Part shown: piece by piece, positions 63,749 through 64,000 of the stretch
Layout: the number at the start of each line of letters is the position of its first letter
Numbering within the stretch: position 1 is the stretch's first letter
Virus record (IMG/VR): IMGVR_UViG_2061766007_000803
Source: an uncultured virus (IMG/VR IMGVR_UViG_2061766007_000803)
Lineage: Duplodnaviria; Heunggongvirae; Uroviricota; Caudoviricetes
Length of the DNA stretch: 64,000 nucleotides
Direction: 5' to 3' (one strand)
Position numbers and translations under genes: made by a program
Notes under the pieces: model-generated
What the model was told of the DNA's origin: nothing
Databases searched by the model: none
What the model saw: the letters and a program-made list of their open reading frames with translations, nothing else

Positions 63749-64000
63749 ATGGCAACACCCTTCTTAAAGGTTTATGATGCTTTTCTCGCGCGAATAACCG
63801 CCGATGAATGGACATTAGAAGAAGAGTTAGCTATCGTTGAACGAGATTGGCAAGAGCTTCTCAAAATGGCTATTGCTCGGTTTAAATATCCTCGTGTGAG
63901 TTTAGATTTTGAGGAGGTTAACGCCGCTGAAGATGAAGAAAACGCTCCTCAACTTAAAATATATTAGTTTACTAGTGATTTAACCAATGATGAAATTCAG
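63749..64000 (+). CDS. Head-tail adaptor-like protein (partial, TAG read-through)
   Basis: MATPFLKVYDAFL..ITAD; continues past TAG 63965 to F..DLTNDEI. Confidence 0.55.

Overview
Segment of a large tailed bacteriophage genome, probably infecting a low-GC Gram-positive (Bacillota-type) host; this is inferred from sigmaA-type TTGACA/TATAAT promoters, strong AGGAGG RBSs and SH3b/NlpC and SpoIID wall hydrolases. Three zones are visible. (1) 1-25.7 kb, AT-rich: tail/fibre and lysis genes including a ~3000-aa virion protein, a block of small genes and an SF2 helicase. (2) 26.2-53.3 kb: an array of 43 small self-contained units, mostly promoter-gene(s)-terminator, each delimited by the palindrome TTAGGTG-N5-CACCTAA (44 copies counted by eye, none seen elsewhere in the window). 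Cargo includes MoxR/VWA, a DEDDh exonuclease, PcfJ-like, PnuC/NadR-like, wHTH and acidic proteins, several paralog families, a ~570-nt structured RNA with an embedded tRNA(CAT) and two further small RNA cassettes. An 8-box DnaA cluster follows the array. (3) 54.6-64 kb: terminase, portal, protease/scaffold and major capsid. Genes in zones 1 and 3 read through in-frame TAG as Gln (code 15-like), shown by TAG at invariant Gln positions of the SpoIID and helicase motifs, whereas the cassette array and major capsid are TAG-free. Coordinates and counts are manual, and N-runs obscure several gene ends.
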